Shown: in pieces, positions 10,259 to 18,988 of the stretch
Layout of the letters: the number at the start of each line of letters is the position of its first letter
Numbering within the stretch: the first letter of the stretch is position 1
Origin: Candidatus Aenigmatarchaeota archaeon
GTDB taxonomy: Archaea; Aenigmatarchaeota; Aenigmatarchaeia; QMZP01
Direction: 5' to 3'
Length of the DNA stretch: 49,362 bases
NCBI GenBank assembly: GCA_039091855.1
Contig: JAWCLA010000001.1
Location: forward strand, 13,267-62,628
Position numbers and translations under genes: made by a program
Notes under the pieces: model-generated
The model's database searches: none
What the model saw: the letters and a program-made list of their open reading frames with translations, nothing else
Told to the model about the DNA's origin: nothing

Positions 10259-11378
10259 TATGTGGGACTTGGCTCTGAAAAACATAATGAGAAACAGGAC
10301 AAGAACTACTCTTACGGTTTTAGGAATATTGATAGGTATAGGTGCAATAGTTGCCCTTGGCTCTATAGCAGAGGGAATAGACGCCACTGTTAGGAATGGA
10401 CTGGAACTTGCAGCTGGAAAGATAATAGTCACAGAAAGGGATTCAGGATTTTTCGGGATGGGTGGAGAACTTACAGATGAGGATATTGATGTAATTAAAA
10501 ATATTGCTGGTATCAAGGATGTTGTTCCAATATTGGTTTATTTTGAAATGTCGGGATTTCAGGGGCCAGATTTCAGGGTTATAGGCATCAATCCTGAAAA
10601 AACAGAGTATTTCGTTACCGAAAACATAAAGATGTATGAGGGAAGGAGGATAGAGGAAGGTGAATCTGGGGTTGCAATGGTTGGGAAGACGGTTGCAGAC
10701 AACTATAACATTCAGGTTGGGGATTACTGGGATGTGAGAGAGGAGAGCTTCGAGATTGTTGGCATCATAGAAAAAACCGACATAAGCAACATAGACACGG
10801 GTATAATAGTTCCTTTGGACGACCTGAAAAATATATTGAACAGGGAAACATACCAAGTAATTTACGTTGTGCCTGATGATGTAAAGGATACGGAAAACAT
10901 TGCTTCTCAGATAGAGGATTCAAGCGATAGGTTTGATGCAATGACATCAACAGATATAGCAAGACAGGCATCACAAATAGTTGACCAGATAAGGTTTTTC
11001 ACTTTTGGTATAGGCGCTGTTGCAGCTTTCGTTGGGGGGCTTGGTGTAATGAACACAATGATAATGGCTGTTATGGAGAGAAGAAAGGAGATAGGGGTTA
11101 TGAAGGCCATAGGGGCAACCAACAGCATGGTTCTAAGGCAGATATTGACTGAATCCGCACTGATAAGCTTGATTGGGGGCATTGGTGGGGTTGTCCTCGG
11201 TGTAGTCGCTTCAGCTGTGCTTTTTTCAACATCTTTCGGTCAGATATCACCTGTAGTAACTCCCGGGCTTGCACTTACTGGAATCGGATTTGCACTATTC
11301 CTCGGCGTAATAGGAGGACTTTATCCTGCAAGAAAGGCATCACAGCTCGATCCGGTTGAGGCATTGAGATATGAATAA
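10245..11378 (+). CDS. ABC transporter permease, MacB/FtsX family
   Basis: N-terminal LALKNIMRNRTRTTLTVLGILIGIGAIV, a large periplasmic-type loop, and a C-terminal FtsX domain ending GLYPARKASQLDPVEALRYE. Likely real start is ATG 10260, just after the padR stop. Confidence 0.85.
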   Translation: MRRNNMWDLALKNIMRNRTRTTLTVLGILIGIGAIVALGSIAEGIDATVRNGLELAAGKIIVTERDSGFFGMGGELTDEDIDVIKNIAGIKDVVPILVYFEMSGFQGPDFRVIGINPEKTEYFVTENIKMYEGRRIEEGESGVAMVGKTVADNYNIQVGDYWDVREESFEIVGIIEKTDISNIDTGIIVPLDDLKNILNRETYQVIYVVPDDVKDTENIASQIEDSSDRFDAMTSTDIARQASQIVDQIRFFTFGIGAVAAFVGGLGVMNTMIMAVMERRKEIGVMKAIGATNSMVLRQILTESALISLIGGIGGVVLGVVASAVLFSTSFGQISPVVTPGLALTGIGFALFLGVIGGLYPARKASQLDPVEALRYE

Positions 11379-12096
11379 ACAATATGTAATTCAGACAAAG
11401 AATGTGGTTAAATGTTATGGTGAAGAACATTGCATAACAACAGTGTTAAGAGGTGTGAGCATAAAAATAGAAAGCGGGAGCTTTGTCTCGATAATGGGGC
11501 CTTCTGGAAGCGGTAAAACTACCCTTCTTGACATAATGGGCTGTCTTCTAAAGCCTACAAGCGGGGAAGTTTTCATAGATGGGGTTAGGACTGCTGACCT
11601 AACAGATAATGAGCTTGCTGAAATAAGAAGGGAAAAGATTGGTTTCATATTCCAGCAGTACAATCTTATTCATAGCGCCACTGCAATAGAAAATGTTGAG
11701 GTTCCACTAAGGATAGCAGGCAAGTCAAAATGGGAAGCAAGAGATAGAGCCAAAATGCTTTTGGAAATGGTTGGCCTTAAGGAGCGTCTTGAACATAAGC
11801 CTTCCGAGCTTTCAGGAGGTGAGCAGCAAAGGGTTGCTATTGCAAGGGCTCTTGCAAACAACCCAAAAATAATACTTGGGGATGAACCGACAGGAAACCT
11901 TGACACAAAGACAGGAGAAGTTATATTGAACATACTGAAGGAATTAAATAAAAAGCAAGGTTACACAATAGTTGTTGTTACCCATGATCCAAGAATAGCC
12001 AAGCATGCGGACAAGATAATAAGGCTGCTTGACGGAATGGTATTGCGTGAAGAGTACCAAAAGGATTTTAATGTTAAACCAATAAGGAGGAGATAG
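11371..12096 (+). CDS. ABC transporter ATP-binding protein (MacB/LolD-like)
   Basis: Walker A GPSGSGKTT, Q-loop, signature LSGGEQQRVAIARAL, Walker B ILGDEPTGNLD. Overlaps the permease by 8 nt. Confidence 0.9.
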   Translation: MNKQYVIQTKNVVKCYGEEHCITTVLRGVSIKIESGSFVSIMGPSGSGKTTLLDIMGCLLKPTSGEVFIDGVRTADLTDNELAEIRREKIGFIFQQYNLIHSATAIENVEVPLRIAGKSKWEARDRAKMLLEMVGLKERLEHKPSELSGGEQQRVAIARALANNPKIILGDEPTGNLDTKTGEVILNILKELNKKQGYTIVVVTHDPRIAKHADKIIRLLDGMVLREEYQKDFNVKPIRRR

Positions 12097-12097
12097 T

Positions 12098-13279
12098 ATG
12101 AAAATTTCAGGTAAAATAGGGTTAGAAAATGCTTTAATTGTTGGTATGGCATTTTTTATGCTTGTTGTTTCGGTTACAAGCGTGGATGCCCAAATCACTC
12201 CTGTATTTAACGTTATTCTGACAAACCAGAATCCTTATCCTGCTGAACCGGGTAAGAGCGTTAACATAGAGGTTGAGGTTCAGAACACAGGTCTTGGAGA
12301 CGCGAATAATGTCGTGGTAGAAATATCCCCAACCAATCCTTTCACTCTTATGCCTGGAACTGAAAAGGCAAAGACTTACACAAGAATATCTGCTCTTAGC
12401 TCCGTCAAGATATCATACGATTTGAGGGTAGAAGATAATACAATTTCAAACCAGTATGAGCTTGAATTTAGGATATATTATGCTAACAATCCTTCAAGCT
12501 ATCTCTCAAAAAAGGTATTGGTAAACGTCAAGGGAGATCCTGATTTCATAACAGAAAGCATATGGACTGTACCAGAAAACATAGAGCCTGGCGGAAGGGT
12601 AAAAATATATGCAAAGCTAAAGAACATAGGTACAGGGACTGCCACTAATGTTCAATCATCAATAAATTCTACTTCAGGGTTATTGATCCCCGTGCTTTCA
12701 GGTGGCTCGGTATATCTTGGAACAGTAGAGCCTAATAATGAAGTGACAGCGGAGATAGAGCTTTCTGTTGACAGGACTGCTGAACAAAAAACCTATCCTG
12801 CAACACTTACGATAAGTTACAAGAATGAGTTGGGAGAGATTAAGCAGAAATCCTTCTCTATAGGAATACCTGTAACAGGAATTATAAAGCTGGAAATAAT
12901 AAGCATTGCTGCAAATTTTGAAAGGAATGTCCTTCAAGTAGAAGTGGCAAATAAAGGAACAACTGACGCTAATTCTGTGGAGGTAAGGCTTTTGATGAAC
13001 AACCATACTGTTGGTATTGACTACACAAGCCAGATCAAGGCAACAAAAAAAGCAACATTTGAGTTTCCCCTTGAGTCAGAAGGCAATGCAAAAATAGTAT
13101 TTAGCTATGCAAGCCCTGATCTTAGGCAGTTTGAGATTGAGAAGGAAATAACAATAACTTATGAAAGAAACCAAAATGGAAATCCAACAGGAACTATAAT
13201 TGTTATAGTTGTAATTGTGGTTGTTGGGTACATTGTGTGGAGAAGGTTCTTAAAAAGGAAGAAGAAAAAAGTTGGATAA
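12098..13279 (+). CDS. secreted CARDB/COG1361-like repeat protein with C-terminal TM anchor
   Basis: Signal peptide ending VDAQ. Three to four repeats of the pattern xVxVxNxGxxxAxNVxV. C-terminal IIVIVVIVVVGYIVW followed by RRFLKRKKKK. Confidence 0.6.
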   Translation: MKISGKIGLENALIVGMAFFMLVVSVTSVDAQITPVFNVILTNQNPYPAEPGKSVNIEVEVQNTGLGDANNVVVEISPTNPFTLMPGTEKAKTYTRISALSSVKISYDLRVEDNTISNQYELEFRIYYANNPSSYLSKKVLVNVKGDPDFITESIWTVPENIEPGGRVKIYAKLKNIGTGTATNVQSSINSTSGLLIPVLSGGSVYLGTVEPNNEVTAEIELSVDRTAEQKTYPATLTISYKNELGEIKQKSFSIGIPVTGIIKLEIISIAANFERNVLQVEVANKGTTDANSVEVRLLMNNHTVGIDYTSQIKATKKATFEFPLESEGNAKIVFSYASPDLRQFEIEKEITITYERNQNGNPTGTIIVIVVIVVVGYIVWRRFLKRKKKKVG

Positions 13280-13899
13280 TGCAAGAATGTGATATTATGC
13301 GCATTACTGTTGCAATAATAATCCTGAATATAGTTGCATTTGCTGCACAAGTATTATTTGAACCCTGGTTCACGGAAATTTTTGCTCTAACACCTACAAG
13401 CGCCCTCAATGGCTCATGGTGGCAGTTCTTTACCTATATGTTTATGCATGCCGACCCGCTGCACATTTTCTTAAATATGTTTGCACTTTTTATGTTCGGG
13501 GTGGTGATGGAGCGCGCCCTTGGTTGGAAAAAATACCTGTTCCTTTACATCGCTTCTGGTCTTGGCTCTGCTGCTTTTTATATATTATTAACAGGAATTT
13601 CCCCCACTATTATGCTTGGAGCCTCTGGGGCAGTTTTTGGTATACTTGCCGCCTTTGGTTTCATGTTCCCAAAGGAAGTGATATATGTTTACTTCATACC
13701 ACTTCCTGCTATAAGCGCTGTTTTCATTTTCGCTGCATTTGAGTTGATAGCAGGAATAACTAACATAATGCCTGGAATAGCAAACTTTGGGCATCTTGGA
13801 GGAATAATAACAAGCGCGTCGGTTATGTTTATATGGAAACACACATCAAAACCGAGAAATGAGAGGGAATTGAGAGATTACAGGTTTTATTGGGAATGA
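13279..13899 (+). CDS. rhomboid-family intramembrane serine protease
   Basis: HIFLNMFALF (HxxxN), catalytic GASGAVFG and FGHLGG motifs, 6 TM pattern. Start set to ATG 13279 (TAATG overlap with the upstream stop). Confidence 0.85.
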   Translation: MQECDIMRITVAIIILNIVAFAAQVLFEPWFTEIFALTPTSALNGSWWQFFTYMFMHADPLHIFLNMFALFMFGVVMERALGWKKYLFLYIASGLGSAAFYILLTGISPTIMLGASGAVFGILAAFGFMFPKEVIYVYFIPLPAISAVFIFAAFELIAGITNIMPGIANFGHLGGIITSASVMFIWKHTSKPRNERELRDYRFYWE

Positions 13900-13908
13900 A
13901 AAAACCAA

Positions 13909-14142
13909 ATGTTGGTGACAGAGAATATGAAAAAATCCGACATAATCTTTGCATTCCTTATGTCCATTTTAATGTCATTTTTTATGTCGATTGGAATAGC
14001 GTTGATAAATTTTGGTTTTAGAGAGGGCTTATTTTTCGTGTGGATTAGGGGATTTTTAATCGGCCTTTGCATAGGCTTTCCTGTTTCGATTTTCATTGTT
14101 CCTGTTGTAAGAAAAGCTGTGTCAAAGATTGTGAAGGAATAG
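13909..14142 (+). CDS. small two-TM membrane protein (DUF2798-like)
   Basis: 77 aa with two hydrophobic helices separated by FGFREGLFFVWIRGF. The family call is from memory of the DUF2798 pattern. Confidence 0.45.
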   Translation: MLVTENMKKSDIIFAFLMSILMSFFMSIGIALINFGFREGLFFVWIRGFLIGLCIGFPVSIFIVPVVRKAVSKIVKE

Positions 14143-14180
14143 TAATATAAAACCTTCTCCCAATATACATAGCCAGTGGT

Positions 14181-14378
14181 TTGATGGTAGAATCCAAAGA
14201 GAAGAAGGAAAGTGTAGTAAGGAAGTGCATAAGCTGTGGAATAAGCATAGAGGCAGATGATAAGTGGGTTGAGTTTCCGTGCCCGAAATGTGGAAAGCAG
14301 AGAATAATAAGATGCAGCAAATGCAAGAGGCTTATGAATCCGTATGAATGCAACAAATGTGGATTTATAGGACCTTGA
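14181..14378 (+). CDS. Zn-ribbon protein (DUF1610/COG2888-like) commonly paired with aEF-1 beta
   Basis: Four CxxC pairs (CISCG, CPKCG, CSKCK, CNKCG) in 65 aa. Located directly upstream of aEF-1 beta. Confidence 0.7.
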   Translation: MMVESKEKKESVVRKCISCGISIEADDKWVEFPCPKCGKQRIIRCSKCKRLMNPYECNKCGFIGP

Positions 14379-14395
14379 TTACAATTTAGTGGATT

Positions 14396-14525
14396 GTCAC
14401 AAGGCGAAGCCTCAATTGAAGATGCGAAGCATCTTCTCCGTTGAGTTATATACTTAACCATACAAAGCGAACTGTCTCAAGGCGAAGCCTCAATTGAAGA
14501 TGCGAAGCATCTTCTCCGTTGAGTT
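14396..14525 (+). repeat. two 52-nt direct repeats (14396-14447 and 14474-14525, 1 mismatch), each forming an interrupted 13-bp hairpin
   Basis: Copies read directly. Each folds as CTCAA-TT-GAAGATGC-GAA-GCATCTTC-TCCG-TTGAG. A third partial copy (CAAGGCGAAG) lies at 14557-14566, just before the aEF-1 beta ATG. Confidence 0.8.
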
Positions 14526-14569
14526 GAAAATATAAGCAACAAAATGTTAATTGTAACAAGGCGAAGTTT

Positions 14570-14821
14570 ATGGGAGAGGTTATAGTAGTTTACAGGATTC
14601 TTCCTGACGGAATTGAGAATTTTGAAAAGGTAAAGAAGGCGTGCGAGGCACTCAAGCCTGAGAGATTGGAAGAGGAGCCAATAGCATTTGGATTAAAGGC
14701 TTTGATTTTAACAAAAATAATTCCTGATGGTCCTGGGGTTATAGACAAATTAGAGAATGACATAAACAGCATAAAAGGTATTGGAAGCGTGGAAAATATC
14801 AGGACGAGCAGAGCACTTTGA
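14570..14821 (+). CDS. translation elongation factor aEF-1 beta
   Basis: 83 aa with MGEVIVVYRILPDG ... EEEPIAFGLKALIL ... typical of archaeal EF-1 beta. Conserved neighbourhood with the Zn-ribbon gene. Confidence 0.85.
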   Translation: MGEVIVVYRILPDGIENFEKVKKACEALKPERLEEEPIAFGLKALILTKIIPDGPGVIDKLENDINSIKGIGSVENIRTSRAL

Positions 14822-14928
14822 TGGATTTTTAGTTCTTTACACAAATATAAATAGAATTAGCAAAATAAGCAACAAATTAAGTAGTCACATAATAGCCTTA
14901 TTTGGCAGTTGTGTGAAATGATTAATGT

Positions 14929-15269
14929 GCCTCCGTAGCTCAGTTTGGATAGAGCGCCAGCCTTCTAACAAAGCCTTTTTTTCAAAAAAGGCTTTGGAAC
15001 CCAAAAAATTATCTGAACTATGCGAAAATTTAATATAAAAAGAGTGCAGGTTCCTAGTGTTAGAAGAAATGAGGGAAACAATAAATATGATTTCATAGGT
15101 TTTGGCAATTTCCCGATGATCGGAAGCAAGCTGGAAGTCGCGGGTTCAAACCCTGAGCCTTTCTTCCCGAAAGAAAGGCTAAGGTTCATCCAAAGAAAGG
15201 GAATTAATCGGTTAATTGATTAACTGTTAATATGAAGAGTGAACACAGGAGAAAATCCCGTCGGGGGCA
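14929..15269 (+). tRNA. tRNA-Arg(UCU) with two introns (about 161 nt at 37/38, about 105 nt in the T-loop at 59/60)
   Basis: Exons 14929-14967, 15129-15150 and 15256-15269 give 75 nt. Acceptor GCCTCCG/CGGGGGC, D arm GCTC-AGTTTGGATA-GAGC, anticodon arm CCAGC-CTTCTAA-GCTGG, T arm GCGGG-TTCAAAT-CCCGT. Intron 1 contains GTTAGAAG, complementary to the anticodon-loop junction CTTCTAAC. Confidence 0.8.
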
Positions 15270-15307
15270 TTTATTAAAAATTTAAATCCTTTCTGAATAT
15301 ATCTTAT

Positions 15308-16783
15308 ATGTCGGAGAAAAAAATTAAGAAGTTTTCAAGGAAAATCGCTCTTACTTTTGATGATGTCCTTCTTATACCTTCAAAGTCCGAAGTTCTCCCA
15401 AGGGATGTGAACACGGAAAGCTTTTTGACAAAAAGGATAAGGCTGAAAATACCTGTTCTTAGCGCAGCAATGGACACTGTTACGGAAAGCGAAATGGCGA
15501 TAGCAATGGCCAGGAACGGTGGGTTAGGGGTTATACACAGGAATATGAGCAGGGAGAGGCAGGCAGAAGAGGTTAAAAAGGTAAAAAAGTCAGAGAGCTG
15601 GATAATAGAAAACCCTGTTACAATTTCTCCCGATGACAACGTTGGAAAGGCTAAAGAATTGATGGAGATTAACAATGTTTCGGGGCTTCCTGTTATAGAT
15701 GGTGAAAGGCTTGTTGGGATAATCACCCAAAGGGACCTTCTTTTCAAAACAAATATGCTACAACCGATAAGAGATGTTATGACAAAGGAACTTATTACAG
15801 CTGACGAAAAAATATCTGTTGAGCAGGCTGTTGATATTCTTGACAGGCACAAGATAGAAAAGCTACTGATTACTGACAGACAGGGAAGATTGAAGGGAAT
15901 GATAACAGTAAAGGATATAATAAAGAGCAGGAAATTTCCTGATGCATCAAAGGACAAGGACGGAAGGCTTCTGGTTGGTGCTGCGACAGGACCTCTTGAT
16001 ATGAAAAGGGTGGAAATGCTGATGAATGCAGGTGCAGACGTTATCGTTATAGATACTGCCCACGGCCATTCTTCAAATGTGATAAACACAATAAAACAAA
16101 TCAAAAAGAGATGGGAAACTGAAGTTGTTGGAGGAAACATAGCGACATCAGAGGCAGCCGATGATTTGATATCAGCAGGTGCAGACGCTTTAAAGGTTGG
16201 TATAGGACCTGGTTCTATATGCACAACAAGGATTGTGGCGGGGGCAGGTGTACCGCAGATAACAGCAATACAGGATTGTGCAGAGGTTGCAGAAAGGTAT
16301 GGAATTCCTGTTATTGCTGACGGGGGAATAAAGTATTCGGGTGATATAGCGAAGGCTGTAGCAGCTGGTGCAAACTGTGTTATGATAGGCTCAATTTTTG
16401 CAGGCACAGAGGAATCTCCTGGAAGGGTTGTTTTTGTAAGAGGCAGGAAATACAAGAGTTACAGGGGAATGGGCTCAGTTGGAGCAATGCAGGAAGGCTC
16501 TGACAGGTATGGCTCACAGGAAAAGGGAAAGTTCGTTCCAGAGGGTGTGGAAGGAATAGTGCCTTACAGGGGAACTGTCTCCGAAATGCTTTTCCAGCTT
16601 GTCGGAGGATTGAGGTCTGCGATGGGATATTGTGGGTGCAAAACAATAGAGGAATTGAGAAAAAACTCAAGGTTTGTGAGAATAACAAAGGCAGGTTTAA
16701 GGGAATCGCACCCACATGATATAACAATTACTGCTGAGTCACCCAACTATTGGAGCGAAGGCGAGGAAAAAGAAGATAAGTAA
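15308..16783 (+). CDS. guaB: IMP dehydrogenase
   Basis: LTFDDVLLIPS N-terminus, tandem CBS insert, catalytic loop GIGPGSICTTR, GGIKYSGDI, and C-terminal GYCG. Confidence 0.95.
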   Translation: MSEKKIKKFSRKIALTFDDVLLIPSKSEVLPRDVNTESFLTKRIRLKIPVLSAAMDTVTESEMAIAMARNGGLGVIHRNMSRERQAEEVKKVKKSESWIIENPVTISPDDNVGKAKELMEINNVSGLPVIDGERLVGIITQRDLLFKTNMLQPIRDVMTKELITADEKISVEQAVDILDRHKIEKLLITDRQGRLKGMITVKDIIKSRKFPDASKDKDGRLLVGAATGPLDMKRVEMLMNAGADVIVIDTAHGHSSNVINTIKQIKKRWETEVVGGNIATSEAADDLISAGADALKVGIGPGSICTTRIVAGAGVPQITAIQDCAEVAERYGIPVIADGGIKYSGDIAKAVAAGANCVMIGSIFAGTEESPGRVVFVRGRKYKSYRGMGSVGAMQEGSDRYGSQEKGKFVPEGVEGIVPYRGTVSEMLFQLVGGLRSAMGYCGCKTIEELRKNSRFVRITKAGLRESHPHDITITAESPNYWSEGEEKEDK

Positions 16784-16911
16784 TTGTTATAAAATTTGAG
16801 TAGAGAATGGAGAATTCACGCTTTTATTTACTTCCAGAGTTAATTGAAAGCCAAAAAATATAAATAAGCTAGTTCAACTACTTAACAGGTGAAATTCTAG
16901 TTGAAAAACCT

Positions 16912-17922
16912 ATGAAAGTGGCATTTACCTTTAACCAGAAGAAAGAAGCTGATTCTGACGAGCCTCCGGATGAACAGGCCGAATTCGATTTACCGGAAAC
17001 AATAAACTCAATAAAGTCTGCACTTGAGGCGCTGGGTCACGAAGTTATTATGATAGAGGCAGATGAAAATTCATTTTTTAAGCTCAAGGAATCGTCTCCT
17101 GACATTGTTTTTAACATAGCGGAAGGCAAGAAGGGTGAGTCAAGGGAATCACAGATTCCTATATTTTGTGAGATGTTGGGAATCCCTTATACAGGCTCTG
17201 GTCCTCTCACCCTTGCAATAGCCCTTAACAAGGCAAGAACAAAAGAAATACTATCTTTTTATGGGATACCGACTCCTAGGTTTCAGGTTTTCCAAACTTC
17301 AAACGAACCGCTTAATGAAAAGCTAAAATTTCCTCTTATGGTAAAGCCACTATCAGAAGGCTCGAGCAAGGGAATAAAAAACGATTCGCTTGTGAGGAAT
17401 GAGGTAGAATTGAGGAGAAAGCTGGAAGAGGTTATAAAAAATTACAGGCAACCTGCATTGGTTGAGGAGTTTCTCGAAGGGAGGGAGTTCACTGTTTCGC
17501 TTATAGGAAACAGTGAGCCAGAAATACTTCCTATAGTTGAAGTTTGTTTTGATTCTCTTCCAGAAGGCATTAACAAGTTTGATTCGTATGAGGTTAAGTG
17601 GGTTTATGACAGCCCTGACAGTGGGTATGAAATGGTGAAATGCCCTGCGAAAATACCAAAGAAACTTGAGGAAAAAATAAAGAAGGTTTGTGTTGATGCT
17701 TACAGGGTTTTGGGCTGCAGGGATTTTTGCAGAATAGACATAAGGCTGGATTCAGAAGGAAACCCAAATGTTTTGGATGTAAATCCTCTTCCCGGACTTA
17801 TACCTGACCCCAAAGAGAATTCGAGGTTTCCGAAATCCTGCTATGCAGCAGGTATGAGCTATAAACAAATAATAAAGCGCGTTCTTGAAGAAGGACTAAA
17901 AAGATACGGGATGCTATCATGA
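16912..17922 (+). CDS. ATP-grasp enzyme, D-alanine--D-alanine ligase-like family
   Basis: FPLMVKPLSEGSSKGI, ALVEEFLEGREFTVSLIG, CRDFCRIDIRLD ... VLDVNPLPGL. Short N-domain. Confidence 0.8.
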   Translation: MKVAFTFNQKKEADSDEPPDEQAEFDLPETINSIKSALEALGHEVIMIEADENSFFKLKESSPDIVFNIAEGKKGESRESQIPIFCEMLGIPYTGSGPLTLAIALNKARTKEILSFYGIPTPRFQVFQTSNEPLNEKLKFPLMVKPLSEGSSKGIKNDSLVRNEVELRRKLEEVIKNYRQPALVEEFLEGREFTVSLIGNSEPEILPIVEVCFDSLPEGINKFDSYEVKWVYDSPDSGYEMVKCPAKIPKKLEEKIKKVCVDAYRVLGCRDFCRIDIRLDSEGNPNVLDVNPLPGLIPDPKENSRFPKSCYAAGMSYKQIIKRVLEEGLKRYGMLS

Positions 17923-18983
17923 AAAGGCTTAGGATAGGCATAGTGTTTGACAGTGGAGAGTTTTCCTGTAAAAGCAGCTATGACTCCATATCGGACAAAG
18001 GAGTTATGGAGGAAGTTGCTGCTGTTAAAAAATCCCTTGAAAATCTTGGATACAGGGCAATTCTGATACCAATAGGAAGGGGGATTTCAAAAAAATATGT
18101 AAAAAAAATTCAATCAGAAGCAATAAGGAAAAAGGTAATATCCAAACTGCGATCTGAGTTGAGAAAGGCAAAAACAGATTTAGTTTTCAACCTTTGTGAA
18201 ACCTTTTTTGGAGATCCAAAACTCCAATCTATTATTCCAAGAATTCTTGATGAGATGAAAATTCCATACACGGGTTCGCCATGGCATTCAATAGAGATGA
18301 CCACTGACAAAAGTCTAACAAAAAAAGTTCTGGAAGAGAGGGGAATACCTACCCCCAGGTTCAAGATTTTCTTTCCGGGAGATGAGATATCTGCATTTGG
18401 TTTGAGGTTCCCTCTCATAGTAAAGCCAAACTTCGAAGATGGCAGCGTAGGAATCGAGAAAGATTCTGTTGTTTACGGTCAGGAAGAACTGGTAAAAAAG
18501 GTTTTGGAGGTTATGAAAAAATACGATCAACCTGTATTAGTTGAGGAATATATAGATGGAAGGGAGCTAAATGTCGCCGTTTTCATTAACAATGGTTCTT
18601 CAGAAGTTCTTCCTATATCAGAGATAGTTTTTAATTATCCTGATGATGTTCCAAAAATAACAAGCTATTCTGCAAAGTGGATAGAGAACAGCGAAGAATA
18701 CAAAAAAAGTGTCGGCATCTGCCCGTGTGAGCTTCCAATTGAGCTGGAAGAAAAGATCAAAATGATAGCAAGCGAGTGTGTGAAGGCTTCTGGATGCAGG
18801 GACTATGCAAGGGTTGACATAAGGCTTGACAGGAACAACCAGCCTTATGTCATAGAGGTCAATGCGAACCCTGACATATCTCCAAAGGCAGGTTTTATGA
18901 GGTCATTTTTGGCATCAGGCAGGAGTTATGAAGACTTTGTCAGGGGCTTGGTGAAATTTACACTTCAGAGAAAATCAAATTAA
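17919..18983 (+). CDS. ATP-grasp enzyme, Ddl-like family (paralog of upstream gene)
   Basis: FPLIVKPNFEDGSVGI, VLVEEYIDGRELNVAVF, CRDYARVDIRLD ... VIEVNANPD. 4-nt overlap with the upstream gene. Confidence 0.8.
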   Translation: MKRLRIGIVFDSGEFSCKSSYDSISDKGVMEEVAAVKKSLENLGYRAILIPIGRGISKKYVKKIQSEAIRKKVISKLRSELRKAKTDLVFNLCETFFGDPKLQSIIPRILDEMKIPYTGSPWHSIEMTTDKSLTKKVLEERGIPTPRFKIFFPGDEISAFGLRFPLIVKPNFEDGSVGIEKDSVVYGQEELVKKVLEVMKKYDQPVLVEEYIDGRELNVAVFINNGSSEVLPISEIVFNYPDDVPKITSYSAKWIENSEEYKKSVGICPCELPIELEEKIKMIASECVKASGCRDYARVDIRLDRNNQPYVIEVNANPDISPKAGFMRSFLASGRSYEDFVRGLVKFTLQRKSN

Positions 18984-18988
18984 AAATA

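Noticed and set aside
14396-14566. Possible mini CRISPR array
   Set aside because: There are only two full copies, the repeat length of 52 nt is far beyond CRISPR repeats, the spacer is 26 nt, and no cas genes are nearby. Reported as a structured repeat instead.
14965-15223. ORFs of 67-74 aa inside the tRNA-Arg introns (possible intron-encoded homing endonuclease)
   Set aside because: They are too short, cross exon-intron boundaries, and carry no LAGLIDADG or other endonuclease motif.
15304-16455. 383-aa ORF antisense to guaB
   Set aside because: Low-complexity Ser/Ile/Pro/Phe-rich mirror ORF with no motifs. The sense strand encodes an unmistakable IMP dehydrogenase.
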